From: an uncultured bacterium
Lineage (GTDB): Bacteria; Lernaellota; Lernaellaia; Lernaellales; Lernaellaceae
Direction of reading: 5' to 3'
Assembly (NCBI GenBank): GCA_964511015.1
Contig: CAZEDX010000007.1
Location: forward strand, 11,337 to 75,336
DNA length: 64,000 nt
Positions 63,141 to 64,000 of this stretch are shown here, in pieces (positions within the stretch are counted from its first letter, which is position 1; each line of letters begins with the position of its first letter). Made by a program: the position numbers and the translations under genes. A model generated the notes under the pieces. That model saw only the letters and a list, made by a program, of their open reading frames with translations, was not told the origin of the DNA and did not search any database.

Positions 63141-63270
63141 TCGCCGCCGCACGCGGCGAGGATCACTCAGGGATCATCCTCGGGAGTTCGTGGTCCTTCC
63201 CCCCGGCCGGGACCCCTCTACCCCTCTGTGCCGCACAGCCCGGCCTAACATCACGAACTCCGACTCGGAT
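63141..63270. ncRNA. Candidate structured RNA in the ftsZ 3' region
   Basis: Hairpin 63141-59; rod GGAGTTCGTG/CACGAACTCC enclosing GGCCGGG/CCCGGCC and CTGTG/CACAG with C-rich loops; no credible ORF. Confidence 0.45.
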
Positions 63271-63273
63271 TCA

Positions 63274-63306
63274 GGCCGCCGAACACCCCTTCGGCGGCCC
63301 TTTTTT
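63274..63306 (+). terminator. Rho-independent terminator closing the dcw/ftsZ transcript
   Basis: GGCCGCCGAA-CACCCC-TTCGGCGGCC followed by CTTTTTT. Confidence 0.9.
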
Positions 63307-63448
63307 GTTCTTAGACTCTGGCGTTTTGGCTTTGGGCTGTAGTTTGGAACAGGCATTTTTGGTTGAACGTTGCCCGTTCTCCGATAACCAAGGCCCGGAA
63401 TCCGGATCCCGGTATACGAAAAACTCCGACACGGGACTCCAACAACAC

Positions 63449-64000
63449 TTAGCAGCCACAGCCGCCGGTGTCGTCATCATCATCGCCGGTTCCCTGGTCG
63501 TCGTCGGCATCGTCGTCGGCGGCGGTGTCGTCATCGGCGGCGTCGTCGTCGGCCGGCGGGGCGTCTTCGGGTTTGGCGGCGTTGGAGATGTAAGACATCA
63601 GCCCGACGTCGTCGAACGAACGCAGGGCGAAGGAGGCCGCGCCGGGCGCCGTGACCTTCACCACCACTTCCAGACCGCCCTCGATGGGTGTGACGCTTTC
63701 CAGCGATGTCGCGCCGGACCAACCGCTCGCGCTGCGCAAGTCGACGCCGCTATCCGTGGTGTAGCGCAGATCGTAGGACAGCGCCGTGCCGCAATCGTGG
63801 TCGTCGCCGGGCGCGGTGAAGTGCAGTTCGAAGACGTCCGGATCATCGGTCTTGTAGGCGACCAGATCGCGCACCATGCGCGGCGGCAGCGTGTCGGCGC
63901 CGTAGAAGCCGCTGTTGTAGTTGTCGTGGTGGAACCGACCCCATTCGCGCGTGCTCTCGCCACGGCGGCAAGCCTTGCCACGCGTGTACCAGGCGAACAG
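63449..64000 (-). CDS. C-terminal part of a probable secreted/surface protein (FN3-like domain, Asp-rich linker, terminal GGCGC); 5' end off window
   Basis: Frame open from 64000: ...WGRFHHDNYNSG...FTAPGDDHDCGTALSYDLRY...DDDAADDDTAADDDADDDQGTGDDDDDTGGCGC-TAA. Confidence 0.85.
   Translation of the reverse strand: MFAWYTRGKACRRGESTREWGRFHHDNYNSGFYGADTLPPRMVRDLVAYKTDDPDVFELHFTAPGDDHDCGTALSYDLRYTTDSGVDLRSASGWSGATSLESVTPIEGGLEVVVKVTAPGAASFALRSFDDVGLMSYISNAAKPEDAPPADDDAADDDTAADDDADDDQGTGDDDDDTGGCGC

Overview
A GC-rich bacterial chromosome segment. Gene order and protein styles (ispG-proS-pyrF, NtrX-type and PAS/GAF hybrid kinases, B12 radical SAMs, full-type dcw operon) suggest a 'Deltaproteobacteria-like' organism; this assignment is inference. 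Left arm, mostly minus strand: partial DinG/YoaA helicase, LpoA/LppC-like protein, atypical dnaJ-dnaK-grpE, two FHA genes, a pilin-like/B-box pair, a histidine kinase, and a housekeeping run (MBL hydrolase, TrmJ-like, GATase, pyrF, proS, ispG, sigma54 regulator). Middle: a methyltransferase plus three tandem cobalamin-dependent radical SAM genes (third frameshifted) facing a membrane spermidine-synthase-like gene; a large PAS/GAF hybrid kinase; envelope glycosylation genes (VTT/DedA, GT4, two GT-C-like, Tat-lipoprotein PIG-L deacetylase); a two-component pair; GH2; a ~940 bp structured spacer between convergent genes; a Ser/Thr kinase and a NUDIX hydrolase. Right arm: the dcw operon mraZ to ftsZ, lacking exactly mraY and murG, then a structured C-rich RNA candidate with terminator, and a partial protein ending in an acidic linker plus GGCGC-stop. 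No rRNA, tRNA, CRISPR array or transposase was recognised. Best leads: the bare C-terminal CGC tag, the mraY/murG-less dcw operon, the B12-radical SAM triad, the ftsZ 3' RNA, and an FHA gene with an in-frame TGA before a transmembrane helix. Several single-base oddities could be assembly errors and need read-level checks.
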